A DNA stretch of 64,000 nt from Candidatus Latescibacterota bacterium (GCA_965243025.1 CBDETY010000003.1:6368001-6432000), one strand, 5' to 3'; positions 54,779 to 64,000 are shown, numbered from the stretch's first letter. The notes: generated by a model from the sequence alone, not told the origin. Translations and numbers: made by a program.

Positions 54779-55516
54779 TCACGCCCTCCCGCCCGTCAGA
54801 ATCGACACCACCTGCGGGACGGCCTCTTCCACGCTTTCATCGAACTCGTCCCCTTCCACGGGCGCGGCGTGCGCGCCCAGTTCGATGTTCCTGTAGCCGG
54901 CAACGCCGTCGAAGGTACTCGACCAGGCGCCGGCACCGCCGGGCCTGATTCCGGCTTCCAGCTCCTTCCGGGGATACTCCCACCGCAGGTCCCTGCCGCC
55001 GTAGCGGACCCGGTCCCCCTCCGTCACGCCGCTCATCCTCATCCTGCGGTGCACCCCGAAGTGGATCAGCCTGCGATGCACTGCGTCGGACTGCGGGCCG
55101 GAGTCCTCCCAGCCCTCGACCAGGAAGTTCCCCGTTGCGTGCGACAGGCTGAACCCGTCGCCGTCGCGTGCGACCATCGGGACCCTTCCCGCGGCGGTGA
55201 TGTAGGCGGTCGGTACGCCTCTCAACTCGAACTCGAGCATGTCGTGCAAACTGCACGAACTGGCCCCGCATCAGTCGACGACCCCCATTACAAGCCCGTC
55301 GCACCGGGGAACGATCTCCTCGAGAAGCTTCTTCGAGCAGACGCGGTAGGGAGACGTCTTTTTCCACGGTCCGGCCACACTCGCGCCGTGCTCTGCCGCG
55401 AGCCGCTCCCCGACCGCTTCGAGGACGGCTCCCGCGGTGCGCTTTCCCGGGTCCAGAAGTCCGATCCTGGCACCGTTCAGGCGGGTCAGCCGGGATGCGG
55501 GTTCGATTCCTGGCAC
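54779..55516 (-). CDS. UGSC-family selenoprotein (Sec at UGA 55273-55271, codon 82) with OCT-like insertion
   Basis: GTG after AAGGAG; track ORFs 55271..55624 and 54779..55249 are in frame across one TGA, reading DGLVMGVVD-U-CGASSCSLHDMLEFELRGVPT; hairpin downstream of the UGA. Confidence 0.8.
55242..55258 (-). promoter_or_regulatory. bacterial SECIS-like hairpin
   Basis: UCGUGCA-GUU-UGCACGA, a perfect 7-bp stem whose G-led loop begins 20 nt after the UGA. Confidence 0.7.
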
Positions 55517-55536
55517 AGGTATGCTCCTTTCTGCTT

Positions 55537-55950
55537 TTACTCGGCTGTTCCCTCTCGGGTATCGTCCGAATTGTCGGCGTTTTCTTCGCGTTCTATGACT
55601 AAAGTATTGGATGGCTTGTAGCATGTCAGAAGGTACGAAACTTCATTTGGTTCATTCAGCCGAAAGGATTGCATGTCGTCATTACCGGAATCAGTAATAA
55701 TTTTGGACAAGGATTCTCCTTTTTGGTGCAATACAACCATCGCCCCAAGGCAGTCGGAGTATCCGACTTTCCTGATTCTCCTGAATACCGGAAGGTCGAC
55801 CTCGTCGTTGCGGCGAGTTTTTATCATCGTCGAATCACTTGAAACTTCATGACGAATATAACGAGCGGTTACTGCAGCTTCCTCGTGGTCATCATTCGAT
55901 GAGCAACCGGAAGAAATCACGGCAACCACGCACAGTAATTTCCATGACAT
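55537..55950 (-). CDS. hypothetical lipoprotein (AT-rich)
   Basis: MSWKLLCVVAVISSG|C lipobox-like; AGGAG RBS. Confidence 0.65.
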   Translation of the reverse strand: MSWKLLCVVAVISSGCSSNDDHEEAAVTARYIRHEVSSDSTMIKTRRNDEVDLPVFRRIRKVGYSDCLGAMVVLHQKGESLSKIITDSGNDDMQSFRLNEPNEVSYLLTCYKPSNTLVIEREENADNSDDTREGTAE

Positions 55951-56317
55951 TTATATCTTCTCCTTATGGGACTGGTTTAATCAGAGAAGCATACTTCTTC
56001 TACAAAGGGACGCGAGAGTACCGATCCCGTCCTCCCGCCAATCCCGATTCTAACGGGGACAGCAATCCCCTGTCAACACCCTGCTTCGGGAGCCGGGCCT
56101 CGCCCTGGGTGTCAGTGAGGCAATTGTTGCATGGTTTTCAATCCTGGTATTTTTCGTGAGATTACCGGAGAATCAAAGGACGCAGGCTTCCGCAGGGGGA
56201 GCAACGCTTCGCTGGAGCAAGGGGCGCCAGGCGGCCGCCAGCGAAGGCGGTTTCGAGGGTATCCAGCGCCAGGCAGGGGTTTACTGAGACGATGGCAGTC
56301 CTTCCGGAAGAGTCGCG

Positions 56318-58453
56318 ATGAACCGGGTACCGATGCCCGTCACGACGATCTCCGCAGCGGCGCTCGGGTGCCTGGTCCAGATCGATGCGGCCGCCGCGGA
56401 AGTCGAGCGATGGCAGTTCGGCGGCGACGCCGGCCACCCCTGGGTTGAGTTCACCGATTCGGCGGCGAACGTCCTGATGGACGATTTCACGGTCCCGGGC
56501 GCCCTTCAGCCTCGCGAACTCGACCCCGAGGCGAACTTCCTTACCCGGCTGGGACCCTGGCACGGCGTCAAGTTCCCCAAAAGCGTCCGTTACCGGGACG
56601 GTCAGCCTCGCATCTGGCGGGGAGTCAACCCGTTGGGGAACCCTTCGTTTTTTCCGCTGAAGTACGTCGACGGCGATCCCGGAACCGCCGACGTATTCAA
56701 CGAGGTGATCAGGGTCACCCAGGAGTATTACACCCTGGATCTGGGCGGGCGCATCCCTGCCGAGCGCTTCCGTTTCTATCCGCCCGACGGCATCGATCAC
56801 GTAAGCGACCAGCCTTACCGCCCGTATTACAACCCCTCCGGGTTCGAACTGTCAGCGGGAAACGACGCCGAGTGGGTGGCGGAAGAAGGGGTCCACCTCC
56901 TGCAGAAGCAGTACGCCTGGGCAGTACCCGACATCGAGTACGAACCCCTGGAGGAAGTGCTGTTCACTACGCGGCAGCACTACGAGCCTTCCGGCGTCAT
57001 CGGCATCGATTTTCCGCTGCAGTTCTACCGCTTCTTCCGCCTGCGGGCGTTTCCCGATTCCTGGGACGACTGCGTGGTAGCGAATCCGGCGGTGGTCCGG
57101 ACCGCGGAGTGCTGCGCCGAGAGCATGGGTCCCGGCTGGCGCGACTTCCCCTGTTTCATCCGTTTGGCGTGGGCGGAGATGGAGATCTACGGCCGCGGTT
57201 TCGTGCCCGAGGCGTCCTGGGAATCCCGGGTGGTCGATCTGGGAAGCGAGTTCAACTTCGGCCGGGTCGTGTTTCACGCCAGCAGGTGGCGCCGCGACGG
57301 CGGGCAGCTGGTTCCGGCTCCGGAGGCTGCGGCCCGGGTCGAGATCGCCCTGCGCACCGGTGTCGACGACGACCCGACGGCCTGGTTCGGGTTCGACAAA
57401 CGGGGCGGACACGTACAGGTAACGGCCGAGGAGTACGAATCACTGAGGGTGAACAGACCCGAGGTCGACCCCGAGCTGGTCGGTTGGCGGGGTCCGGTCA
57501 CCCACGACCACGAAAACTGGAGCTTCTGGTCGGCGCCGATGGCGGAATCCGGTTCGCGCCCGCGGGTACGCGCCGGCCGGTTCTTCCAGGTGCGGGTCAG
57601 GCTGCAGACCGACGAACTGTGGGCGTTCGCGCGGCTGGACTCGCTGGCGGTGGAGATCTCGCCCCTGCTGGCCGACCGGATCGTCGCCGAGATCGCCGAT
57701 ACCGGCGATCTGCGCCCGGCGGGCAACCTGACCCGGGTGCGAGCCGGGGAGATGACGGAATTCGTCTACGACGTCCGCGCCGAGTTTGCCGGTGAGGGCA
57801 AGGCCGGCTTCGATGCGGTGCGCCTCATGACTCCATCGCATGCCGGGTTCCGCAGCCTCGAGATGGGCGCTCCCCTGCAGGAGGTCGCCCCCGACGAGGT
57901 CATCGAAGAGGCTGCGGGATTCACCCTGTATTTGCCGCGGCCGGTCGGGGACGGGGAGCCGCCTTTGAGGATCCGCTTCGAGAGCGCCCTGTACGGGGCG
58001 TCGGGTACGTTCGCGGGCGAGGTTTTCCAGCGGGCCGGCGAGCAGTTGCCGCAGGCCATCGAGGCCGGCGACGTCAGCGACGAGATAGGAACGAACCGCC
58101 TGCAGGTCGTGGCGATTCCGTCGTCGCTCACCGAGGTCCTGGGCGCGGTCGAAATCGAGCCGCCGGTCTTCACGCCGCAGGGGGACGGGATCAACGAAAG
58201 GGTGCGGATCGGCTACACCATGCTGCGCGTCCAGGCCGGAACGCGCGTCGAGATCGGCATCTTCGCCCTGTCCGGTGAACGCCTCTGGTCCACGCGCTCC
58301 GACACGCAGGGGGCCGGCGGTCATGTCCTGTGGTGGGACGGACGCGACGACCAGGACGGGCTGGTGCCACCCGGGCTCTACCTGGCGCGGGTGAAAGTGA
58401 CGACGAGCGAAGGGGATTCAGAGCGGCTCCAGCGGCTGGCGGTCGTCTACTGA
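56318..58453 (+). CDS. secreted protein with C-terminal FlgD-Ig/CHU-like sorting domain
   Basis: Signal peptide; PPVFTPQGDGINE...WDGRDDQDGLVPPGLYL. Confidence 0.8.
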   Translation: MNRVPMPVTTISAAALGCLVQIDAAAAEVERWQFGGDAGHPWVEFTDSAANVLMDDFTVPGALQPRELDPEANFLTRLGPWHGVKFPKSVRYRDGQPRIWRGVNPLGNPSFFPLKYVDGDPGTADVFNEVIRVTQEYYTLDLGGRIPAERFRFYPPDGIDHVSDQPYRPYYNPSGFELSAGNDAEWVAEEGVHLLQKQYAWAVPDIEYEPLEEVLFTTRQHYEPSGVIGIDFPLQFYRFFRLRAFPDSWDDCVVANPAVVRTAECCAESMGPGWRDFPCFIRLAWAEMEIYGRGFVPEASWESRVVDLGSEFNFGRVVFHASRWRRDGGQLVPAPEAAARVEIALRTGVDDDPTAWFGFDKRGGHVQVTAEEYESLRVNRPEVDPELVGWRGPVTHDHENWSFWSAPMAESGSRPRVRAGRFFQVRVRLQTDELWAFARLDSLAVEISPLLADRIVAEIADTGDLRPAGNLTRVRAGEMTEFVYDVRAEFAGEGKAGFDAVRLMTPSHAGFRSLEMGAPLQEVAPDEVIEEAAGFTLYLPRPVGDGEPPLRIRFESALYGASGTFAGEVFQRAGEQLPQAIEAGDVSDEIGTNRLQVVAIPSSLTEVLGAVEIEPPVFTPQGDGINERVRIGYTMLRVQAGTRVEIGIFALSGERLWSTRSDTQGAGGHVLWWDGRDDQDGLVPPGLYLARVKVTTSEGDSERLQRLAVVY

Positions 58454-58568
58454 GCGGGGGCGGCCCGGCCCGGAGCGCACGCCGGCCTCGCTCCTCGCCA
58501 TCCCGACATCCCCGATTCACCACGCTCCCGGTGCGAGCAGTCGATCTTGCCAACGGCGGCGGAGAGAG

Positions 58569-60214
58569 TCACCGCCATTCGTCGACGGACGCGGTGGCCG
58601 CGTGGGGGGCGCCGAAGATGCGCCAGTACCCGTTGGTTTCGCCTCCGACGACGACGACCTGGATCTGGTCCTTCGGCCAGATGCGGATGAGCTCCTCCTC
58701 TTCCGCTTCCAGCATCGCCGCCCAGGGCTCCTCGCCGACGAGCGCCCTCGGCTCGACGTAGTTCTCGATCAGCTGGTAATCCCAGTAGACCCCGGCGCGC
58801 ATGGTGCCGTTCTCGTGGACCCAGTCGACGAGCTGTTCGACGGTGTGGAAACCGCCGCGGTCGACGAACTGGCGGGCGGTGATCGGGTCGAGGACGAAAG
58901 TGGGCGCCTCGTGCGGGTCCATGCCCCGCAGCATCTGGATGACGTGAGTCTGCCAGTGCTTTTCGCGCAGCCCGAGAGTGAAGGCGGTGGAGCGGCAGCC
59001 CGGGAAAACGCTGACGGTGCTGTCTCCTTTGGCGAAGCCCTTCCGGACGTGGAAGGGATCCCACGGACTGCGCTCTTCGTTCTCGGCGTAGCAGATGCTG
59101 CTGAAGGCGTAGCCGTTGCCCTGCGAGCCGAGGTAGGTGTGCAGCGGCAGCGAACCACCCTGGCCGTTCTGGGACAGCAGGCCGTAGGCGCGCCCGATGG
59201 TGGCGTTGGCGTGGTTGTAGGGTCCCATGGCGCCGACGCCGGAGTTCATGCCGATCTCTTCGCGGAAGGGCCCGTTGACGACCGCCATGGCCGCGGCCGA
59301 GCTGGTCGTGCTCGGGCGCGCCGTGACCTGCGTCGATGCCAGCGCGAGAATGGCGGGAAAGTATTCCGGCCGCGCCCCGGCCATGACGGCGTTGACGGCG
59401 ACCTTCTCCACCGTGTACTCCCAGGCCTCGCGCGGGCCCGTGGGCCGCATCTGTCCGACTGTTTCATCCGGGTCCCGGCTCGTGCCCCTGAGCATCGCCT
59501 CGACGCGGGCCTCGGTCGGCAGCACGATCGGCAGCTTGTCGGTCCAGTTCTCGCGCAGGAAGAGCTCGTGGAGGTTGTCCTCCGAGTCCGGCTCGCACAG
59601 CCGCGGGGTGGAGCGGTCGAAGCTGACGACCTCCGTCTCCCCGGCGCTGAGCGGGCGGGTCAGGGCCTCCATCACCTCGGTCATGAACGGACGCCCGGTG
59701 ACGGGATCGGCGCCGTCGACGTAAGCCCGCAGCTCGGCCGGCGACTTGCCCATCACCGGCTGGGGGACGAAGACGAACCGCTGCTTCGGCATGCCCCGCG
59801 CCAGGCCTGGGCCCGCGCCAGGGGTTCGAAGATGTCGGTCTGGACGGAGGCTGTCGGCACTCCGTACTCGGTTTCAACTGTGATGCACTGGTCGGCGACC
59901 GCCGGCGCGCACGTGCTTCAGTGGCCGACGCCGATGACGGCGGCATCTCCCTGCTGTCTGATCTCCTCGTAGAGCGCCTCGTCGCGGGTGGTGTAGACGT
60001 TCGACTTGCGGCGCACCTCCACGTTGATCCCCGGGCGGTGCTCGCCGAACCAGTTACCCATCTGGCGCATGAGGATGTCGCCGTCGTCGAAACGGCAGTC
60101 GACGAGGTAGACGGTGCGGCCTTCGAGCGAATCGGGACGAGGGGCCATGCCCAGTTGCTCCCTCTTCGGCGGGTGCCCCATCGGGTTGAGGACGGTGATC
60201 CTGTTGTCGCCCAT
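58569..60214 (-). CDS. UGSC-family selenoprotein fused to a TDxLPIVxPT domain (Sec at UGA 59920-59918, codon 99; one-base frameshift near 59805)
   Basis: DAAVIGVGH-U-STCAPAVADQCITVETEYGVPTASVQTDIFEPLARAQA; restoring one C joins it to (LARG)MPKQRFVFVP...WTDKLPIVLPT...TVEKVAVNAVMAGARPEY...ANATIGRA. Confidence 0.8.
59885..59917 (-). promoter_or_regulatory. bacterial SECIS-like hairpin
   Basis: GCAC...CGGC-GGUC-GCCG...GUGC; G-led loop at +18 after the UGA. Confidence 0.55.
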
Positions 60215-60354
60215 CGGTCTTTCTCCTTAAGTAGTGTGAATTGACTTGGGATTAAGGAAGATCCGCAGGTGCCGCAAAGCGGTGCGGTCGTGGCGCCGGG
60301 TTTCCAGGCGGCCTTTGATGAAGTAGCCTCTCGTCGTGGCCCAGTTGATGTGCC

Positions 60355-60441
60355 GGCACCGGAGATGGTAGAGAAGTTGAACGCCATGAGCGAATGGATG
60401 ATCGCGCAGCAGGAGGAGGAACACTTCGAGCAGCACCGTTC
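60355..60441 (+). pseudogene. 87-bp fragment of a PhyH paralog, inverted relative to 54596-54682
   Basis: APEMVEKLNAMSEWMIAQQEEEHFEQHRS; 9 mismatches, 7 of them synonymous. Confidence 0.85.
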
Positions 60442-60581
60442 ACCTGGGGCATATGCCCCGGCGGGGATCTGAAGTAGAATCCCTTCGGACGGCGCCTGAA
60501 GATGACCCGCTGCAGAAACAGTGTGACAAGGTCGGCCCTGGTTTCCCCGCGGCCCGTCTGCCCGCGCGCCCACCTGAGAAT

Positions 60582-61562
60582 ATGACCGACGCGCCAGCAC
60601 CCCTGCGGTGGAGGGTTCCCTCGACAGACCCGGTCGTCGCTCCGGGGTTCGGCGGAGCCGTCGATGCCCGCCGCGCCTCGAGTCCGCACGTGCTGCGCTT
60701 CGGCGGCGACTACCACATGTACTACTGGGGCACCGGCGAGGACGGCTTCAACCGCATCTGTCTGGCAGTCGCCCGGGTGGAGGCTCCGCATGAGTGGCGC
60801 TTCGCCGGAACGGTGCTGGAGCGCCAGGCCGGAACCGCCTGCAACGCCGTGGGGCCGAGCTTTCCGTTCGTGGTGCCGCGCGCCGACGGAGCGTGGCTGA
60901 TGTACTACGTTGCCTGGGGTGTGCCCAGGGACGACGGAAAGCTGGCCAACACGACCGGTCTGGCTCTCAGCGACGACCGCGGCCGTACGTGGCGGCACGC
61001 CGGCGACTCGCCGGTGCTGGCGCTGGACCGCCCCTGGGACCACGAGGGCACCGGCAGCGTCTGCGTGCTCGCCGAGGGCGGCGTCTTCCGCATGTACTAC
61101 ACGGCGCTGGGCGACTACTCGCCCAGACCGGCGGGCGTGCGCACCCGTCATGGAGACCTGCTTCCGCACATCGGGGTGGGCTACGCCGAATCGACCGACG
61201 GCATCCGCTGGACCAAGCCCCTGGACCGCCTGATGGTGAGCCCCCGCGGGTTCGCCGTCGAGCCGTTCGAGTACATCGTTTCCAAGCCGTTCGCGCTGCG
61301 CCGCGGCGGCCGCTGGACCCTGTGGGTCAACACCTTCGGCACGGCGTACCGCGTGCGCAGCCTGATCAGCTGCGATGGCCTGAACTGGACCTGGACCGCC
61401 TCGGGACCCGACGGCGACATGGGCGTCGGGCCCGCCGGCAGCTTCGACGATCACCAGCGCTCGTACGCGGTGGTGGTCCCGCACGACGGCGGGCTGCGCT
61501 GCTGGTACACCGGCAACGGCTTCGGGCAGACCGGCATCGGCTACGCCTGTCAGGGACCCTGA
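60582..61562 (+). CDS. five-bladed beta-propeller glycosidase-like protein (GH32/43/130-like)
   Basis: Repeated MYY blades; Asp-boxes SDDRGRTW, STDGIRW and SCDGLNW; WYTGNGFG. Confidence 0.7.
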   Translation: MTDAPAPLRWRVPSTDPVVAPGFGGAVDARRASSPHVLRFGGDYHMYYWGTGEDGFNRICLAVARVEAPHEWRFAGTVLERQAGTACNAVGPSFPFVVPRADGAWLMYYVAWGVPRDDGKLANTTGLALSDDRGRTWRHAGDSPVLALDRPWDHEGTGSVCVLAEGGVFRMYYTALGDYSPRPAGVRTRHGDLLPHIGVGYAESTDGIRWTKPLDRLMVSPRGFAVEPFEYIVSKPFALRRGGRWTLWVNTFGTAYRVRSLISCDGLNWTWTASGPDGDMGVGPAGSFDDHQRSYAVVVPHDGGLRCWYTGNGFGQTGIGYACQGP

Positions 61563-61676
61563 CGGACCTTCGTGCACGTTCACGACGAACCGCAATGAAC
61601 CGATACCGGTGCCCTGTTTTCCCGGTTCAACCGCAACCGCGGAGACGGGGGAGGAGCCGGGGGCCTGGACACTACC

Positions 61677-63950
61677 ATGCCGAACCCCGCTGACGAGCTG
61701 TTCTTCGAGAAGATCTCCCACTACGACCGGCCGCAGGAGCCGGTAACCTTCGGGATACCCTTTTCCCGCGGAACCCTGTCCCGGGTCGAGCAGTTCGCCC
61801 TGTACGACGGCCCGGCGGAAATCTGTTGCCAGAAGTCGGCGACCGGGCGCTGGGACGACGGCAGCATCCGCTGGCTGCTCGTGCACTGCCTGCTGGATCT
61901 GCCCGGGGGCAGCGGCAAGTCGTTCCGCTTCGCCATCGAGGACGGGGCGCGCGAGCAACCTGCTCCTCCAGCGGCCGTGACCGTCGTCGACGCCGGGCGG
62001 GAAGTCGTTTTCAACACAGGTCCGCTGCAACTTGCCCTCGGCAGGCCGGGGACGGACCTCATCAGGTCGGTCACCCTGCACGGCGAGCCGCCGTGGGACG
62101 AGGTTTCCTGGCCCGGGTTCAGCGTGGTCGACGGGCAGGGGACGGCCTTTGCGACGGCCGCGGACGACGCGGCGCAGGTCGAGATCGAGGAGCGGGGGCC
62201 GCTGCGCGCGGAGGTCTGCATTTCCGGCACCCACCGCAGCGGCGCGGACGGCTTCCTGGACTACGTCATCCGCATCCACGCCTGGGCCGGCAAGCCCTGG
62301 GTCGCGCTGCAGTACCAGTTCATCAACCGGGAGGAGCCCCCGCGGGTCGCGGTCCGGGAGGTCCACCTCAAGGGCCGGCTGGCGGGGGCCGGCCCCGTGA
62401 AGCTGACCTCCGGGGAGGGGCACTACCGAACCAACAAGGTGGTCGGCGAACGCGAGGTCGATCTCGGCGTCGACACCGCGAAGATCCTGCGCGATGCGTC
62501 CGAACATCAGGACGAGTGCTTCTTCGGCGACTTCTGGGTCGACTGGAACGGGCCGCGCGGCGGCGCGACCCTCACCATCCGCCAGGCGCAGCAGAACTTC
62601 CCGAAGCGGCTGCGCGCCGCCCCGGACGCGCTGGAGGCGTTCCTGTACCCGCCCGGCGGGGACGACCTGGTCCTGCACCAGGGGGTGGCCAAGACCCACG
62701 AGCTGCTGTTCCACTTCCATCCGGCCGATCTCGGCGTGGAGGAGATCTCCCGCCGCAGCCTGCAGTTCCAGCTCCCCGATCATCCCGCCCTGGCCAGCGA
62801 CTGGTACCGCGATGCCGGCGTCTGGGAGGACGTCTTCTCCGGCCGCCGCTACGGCCGCCTGGAGGCGCTGATCTGCGACGTGATCGACACCCGGCCGGTC
62901 GGGCTGGGCATCCTTTGCTTCGGCGACGAGGGCACCTACGGCTACACCTGGCAGGGCCGCGGCGGCGGCAAGGTGGTGTGGCTCAACGGCGAGTACGACA
63001 TCCCGCACCTGATGTTCCTGCAGTACGCCCGCACCGGCGCCAGGCGCTTCTTCGAGACCGGCCGCGCCACCGCCCAGCACTGGGTGGACGTCGACTTCTG
63101 CCACCACAGCCCCGATCCGCTGCAGCGCGGCGGGCTGAGGATGCACAGCGCCGACCACGTCACCGCCGGCGTCAACGTCTCGCACCAGTGGGTGGAGGGG
63201 TTCTTCGACTACTACCACCTGACCGGAAAGCGCGAAGCCTTTGACGCCGCCATCGCCGTCGGCGAGAACTACCTGCGCCACATCGCGGCCGAGCAGTACC
63301 GGGAGGTGGGCAGGTACCAGGCCCGGGACCTCGGCTGGATGCTCAAGGCGCTGGTGGTCCTGTACCGCGAGACCGGACAGACGCGCTTCCTGGAGGCCGG
63401 CACCGGCATTGTCGAGCGGTTCGGGGAGTGGCAGCGCTCCATGGGCGGCTTCCTGGCTCCCTACACCGACCACGCGCGGATCCGCGTGCCGTTCATGATC
63501 GCCATCGCGGTCAATGCCCTGAAGGCGTACCATCAGGTGACCGGCGACGATTCGGTGAAGGAGCTGATCCTCGACGAGGTCGACGCCCTGCTGGAGCATG
63601 CGCTGCTGGACAACGGGCTGTTCTACTACAAGGAATTCCCGTCGGTCCAGCACCCGATCTTCAACGGCCTGGCGCTGGAGGCGCTGGCGTACGCCTATCG
63701 CCTGAGCGGCGACCGCGGCTACATCCTGAAGGGCATGCGCACGCTGGAGTCGATCCTGATCAACATGAACTTCCAGCTCCTGGTGTCGCCGGGAGGCAGG
63801 AAGACGGTGGCGGACGGGGCGATCTTCAAGGAGGCCCTGCCGGTTCCTCCGGGCGGGCAGAGCTACGGCACCACGATCGGACCGCTGATCCACTTCCTGG
63901 TGGCCGCGGACGAGCTCGACCTGCTGCGGCCGTTCGACTTCGTGTATTGA
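61677..63950 (+). CDS. exo-rhamnogalacturonan lyase (PL26)-like protein
   Basis: PVTFGIPFSRG...WDDGSIRW N-domain; EERGPLRA, WLNGEYD, HWVDVD, SHQWVEG, YYHLTG and RDLGW motifs. Confidence 0.75.
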   Translation: MPNPADELFFEKISHYDRPQEPVTFGIPFSRGTLSRVEQFALYDGPAEICCQKSATGRWDDGSIRWLLVHCLLDLPGGSGKSFRFAIEDGAREQPAPPAAVTVVDAGREVVFNTGPLQLALGRPGTDLIRSVTLHGEPPWDEVSWPGFSVVDGQGTAFATAADDAAQVEIEERGPLRAEVCISGTHRSGADGFLDYVIRIHAWAGKPWVALQYQFINREEPPRVAVREVHLKGRLAGAGPVKLTSGEGHYRTNKVVGEREVDLGVDTAKILRDASEHQDECFFGDFWVDWNGPRGGATLTIRQAQQNFPKRLRAAPDALEAFLYPPGGDDLVLHQGVAKTHELLFHFHPADLGVEEISRRSLQFQLPDHPALASDWYRDAGVWEDVFSGRRYGRLEALICDVIDTRPVGLGILCFGDEGTYGYTWQGRGGGKVVWLNGEYDIPHLMFLQYARTGARRFFETGRATAQHWVDVDFCHHSPDPLQRGGLRMHSADHVTAGVNVSHQWVEGFFDYYHLTGKREAFDAAIAVGENYLRHIAAEQYREVGRYQARDLGWMLKALVVLYRETGQTRFLEAGTGIVERFGEWQRSMGGFLAPYTDHARIRVPFMIAIAVNALKAYHQVTGDDSVKELILDEVDALLEHALLDNGLFYYKEFPSVQHPIFNGLALEALAYAYRLSGDRGYILKGMRTLESILINMNFQLLVSPGGRKTVADGAIFKEALPVPPGGQSYGTTIGPLIHFLVAADELDLLRPFDFVY

Positions 63951-64000
63951 GCCTCGAGGTGGGCATGGAAACCTTCGTGCGCGCCGGGTCCTGCTGACGA

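Noticed and set aside
60227-60354. Minus-strand tail (…GYFIKGRLETRRHDRTALRHLRIFLNPKSIHTT*) ending just before the UGSC RBS
   Set aside because: May be a gene remnant, but I cannot assign it to any family
63966-64000. METFVRAGSC-TGA as a possible third selenoprotein (C-U)
   Set aside because: At the window edge, so no SECIS can be checked; a one-base shift gives MENLRARRVLLT, a more ordinary Rossmann-like start

Overview
High-GC bacterial window. Its gene content (repeated Gfo/Idh/MocA oxidoreductases, enolase-superfamily dehydratases, UxuA-like and PhyH-like enzymes, DUF4159, a FlgD-Ig protein, an internalin-type LRR protein) resembles Candidatus Latescibacterota or Gemmatimonadota-type sponge symbionts; the taxonomy is inference only. 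It mixes sugar-acid catabolic genes, an RND efflux pair, katG and a defence/toxin-antitoxin region. That region includes a Hachiman-like nuclease+helicase pair, a DUF3883 nuclease, RelE/XRE, DUF6088/AbiEii, a DUF6036 pair and several modules whose toxin is broken or missing. The best hidden signal is two UGSC-family selenoprotein genes (54779-55516 and 58569-60214, both minus strand) that the ORF track splits at in-frame UGA codons, each followed by a SECIS-like hairpin. The first has an unusual Sec-Cys motif and what looks like an inserted Obg C-terminal (OCT/DUF1967) domain. A second signal is a set of 333-bp and 114-bp direct repeats showing a VOC gene swapped into the toxin position behind an AbiEi-type antitoxin. 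All family calls are by eye from motifs; no searches were run.
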